Shown here piece by piece: positions 62,145-64,000 of a stretch of 64,000 nt of DNA. The DNA comes from Macrostomum lignano. Lineage: Eukaryota. The translations under genes were made by a program, and so were the position numbers. Location of the stretch: assembly GCA_002269645.1 (NCBI GenBank), contig NIVC01000980.1, positions 372,001 through 436,000 of the forward strand. The letters are read 5' to 3'. The number at the start of each line of letters is the position of its first letter. Position 1 is the first letter of the stretch. A model generated the notes under the pieces. It was not told where the DNA came from. It saw only the letters and a list, made by a program, of their open reading frames with translations, and searched no databases.

Positions 62145-62382
62145 CAATTTTTATGCCTTCCTCGGTGCCTAAAGCTGCCTGCCATGTATATTTCAGTGGC
62201 GCTTGGCAAATAATGTACGTCAGATTACGGCTGCACCCAATGCCTGCAAGTCACTCTAATCTTCTTCCTTTTTACTCGGATAAAATAGCTTACACATTCT
62301 TCCTTACTACTGATCTAAAAGTAGAAGAGAACTAGATTTAATAACTAAGCAAAATATATTTAGGCAAGCCCACAGAAACTAA

Positions 62383-62816
62383 AATAACTAGATGGGCCAC
62401 TTAGGCATTTATACTTAGTAAAACAGCTTTCTACTTCAGTTCAGTAGCAAAGAAGAATACATAAGCTATTTTTATAAAAAAAGGCAACTGAAATGACTGA
62501 TAATTGTTTACGAGTAGAAGCCCAAGCTTGCAGGCGTAAACAACTTGCTAATTGGTTCAGCAATAATGTACATTAGCCACTGAAATGTACATGGCAGCTT
62601 TGAGCTGGAATTCCGAGAAAGGCAATAAAAATAATTGGGGTGGGGCGGGGGTATAGTGGAAAAGACGTTGCTTGGAGATGTTTAAGGCTGGGGGATAAGA
62701 GCCAATAAATGAGCCCTGGCTTTAAAAATAAATGGTATATATTTGCTTCTGTTTAACTTACTACTGAACTGGAAGTAGCTTACACGCAAATGTGCTGAGT
62801 GGCCCATCTAGTTATT
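62383..62816. repeat. Dispersed repeat (AACTAGATGGGCCACT..) in inverted pair; third copy at about 60418-60490
   Basis: AATAACTAGATGGGCCACT at 62383 and its reverse complement ending at 62816. Confidence 0.5.
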
Positions 62817-62880
62817 CCAGTATTTGTGGGTAAAGCCTAAAACGATAGTAAACCTGGATACAGAGTAGAATTTTTTGCTC

Positions 62881-63483
62881 CTAGTAATCAGTAATTTTTG
62901 AAAATTCTGAGCCCATATTGAGTTCACAGTTTCTAATTAGTCGGCTTCTACTTATGCTACCATTAGTAGTACTAGTGGTAGTTGACGCAAGGTTGCCCCC
63001 TAAGGATTGGCCGGATCCGCTGAATGCAACAAATCCTTTGGAGAGCTGTTGCTGTTGCTGCTTCTGCTCCGCGTCAGTGGCGGCAGCAGGAGCAAGTAAA
63101 CGACGATGCTGCGGGTAGTTCAGTGTGCCCCAGTTATAATTAAAGTTAGGACGGCCGCGCTCATGAACAGCTGTGGCGCCTGTTGCTGTACTGCCGTCGC
63201 GTCTGATATCCACTGTGGAAACCGTGGAACCCGAGATTGAGCCTTCCGAATGTTCTGTCCCCTGTTCGGCATTCACTAGGCTCTCGACCTCATCGGAGGA
63301 CTCATCCGAAGGCGTTTCAGAGACATCAAATTCAACTGCCAGATCGCAGTCAATGATGCAGACAGAGGAAGCCGGGCGAACATCGACAACGCTGAGACGG
63401 TAGCGTCGGCCGTTCAGCTTCAAGTCGATCTCGTCACCAATGCTGAGGCAGATGAAATCGCGAAGGCGATTCTCCAGAACAGC
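62881..63483 (-). CDS. UFD1: Ubiquitin fusion degradation protein 1, terminal exon (gene continues beyond the window)
   Basis: CCAG|AVLENRLRDFICLSIGDEI..VCIIDCDLAVEFD matches UFD1 (AVLENALRNFACLTTGD..IIECDMNVDFD). C-terminal SHP box FVAFSGSGQSLG. TAG stop. Confidence 0.9.
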   Translation of the reverse strand, partial: AVLENRLRDFICLSIGDEIDLKLNGRRYRLSVVDVRPASSVCIIDCDLAVEFDVSETPSDESSDEVESLVNAEQGTEHSEGSISGSTVSTVDIRRDGSTATGATAVHERGRPNFNYNWGTLNYPQHRRLLAPAAATDAEQKQQQQQLSKGFVAFSGSGQSLGGNLASTTTSTTNGSISRSRLIRNCELNMGSEFSKITDY

Positions 63484-63489
63484 CTGGTT

Positions 63490-63995
63490 GGAGTGATAAT
63501 CATGGGGAGGAGGGGCGGATTGGAGTGATAATCGTGGGGAGGAGGGGCGGATTGGAGTGATAATTATGGGGAGGAGGGGCGGATTGGAGTGATAATCATG
63601 TGGAGGAGGGGCGGATTGGAGTGATAATTATGTGTAGGAGGGGCGGATTGGAGTGATAATTATGTGTAGGAGGGGCGGATTGGAGTGATAATCATGTGGA
63701 GGAGGGGCAGATTGGAGTGATAATCATGTGGAGGAGGGGCGGATTGGAGTGATAATTATGGGGAGGAGGGGCGGATTGGAGTGATAATTATGGGGAGGAG
63801 GGGCGGATTGGAGTGATAATTATGGGGAGGAGGGGCGGATTGGAGTGATAATTATGGGGAGGAGGGGCGGATTGGAGTGATAATTATGGGGAGGAGGGGC
63901 GGATTGGAGTGATAATTATGGGGAGGAGGGGCGGATTGGAGTGATAATCATGAGGAGGGTGGATTAGAGTGATAATAATGGGCAGGAGGGACGGA
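63490..63995. repeat. 32-bp G-rich minisatellite, about 15 copies
   Basis: Unit GGAGTGATAATTATGGGGAGGAGGGGCGGATT, abutting the UFD1 acceptor. Confidence 0.94.
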
Positions 63996-64000
63996 TGGGG

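Noticed and set aside
5970-63995. Dozens of long periodic ORFs in the ORF track (e.g. 5970-6629, 8151-9183, 26719-27525, 34075-35538, 36817-37867, 39936-41144, 42601-43380, 60538-62213)
   Set aside because: They are translations of minisatellites, open in several frames on both strands, and they lie inside introns defined by conserved flanking exons.

Overview
Eukaryotic (invertebrate) genomic DNA with GC-rich, CAG/GCC-rich exons and AT-rich or minisatellite-filled introns. The style suggests a flatworm such as Macrostomum, but that is inference only. Four spliced genes can be reconstructed by hand with phase-consistent GT-AG junctions. (1) NELF-A, + strand, 5 exons, 1071-9459, with a 1-nt frameshift in the last exon. 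(2) A plasma-membrane Ca2+-ATPase (PMCA/ATP2B), - strand, 13 constitutive coding exons from 46794 to 26486, plus an alternative-splicing system: an 18-nt microexon at splice site A, a 9-nt microexon inside the calmodulin-binding helix and two or more alternative terminal exons. (3) A divergent 3-exon homeobox gene, + strand, 55873-58822. (4) The last exon of UFD1, - strand, 62881-63483. Roughly a quarter of the window (my rough sum is about 15 kb) is about 25 unrelated minisatellite arrays, typically one private array per intron. There are also MITEs, a Mutator-like foldback element with a target-site duplication, tRNA-derived SINEs and a sharply CpG-depleted domain over NELF-A exon 1/intron 1. 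Most long ORFs in the supplied track are artefacts of the tandem repeats. No CRISPR, rRNA or intact tRNA gene was seen. All homology calls are from recalled motifs, not database searches.
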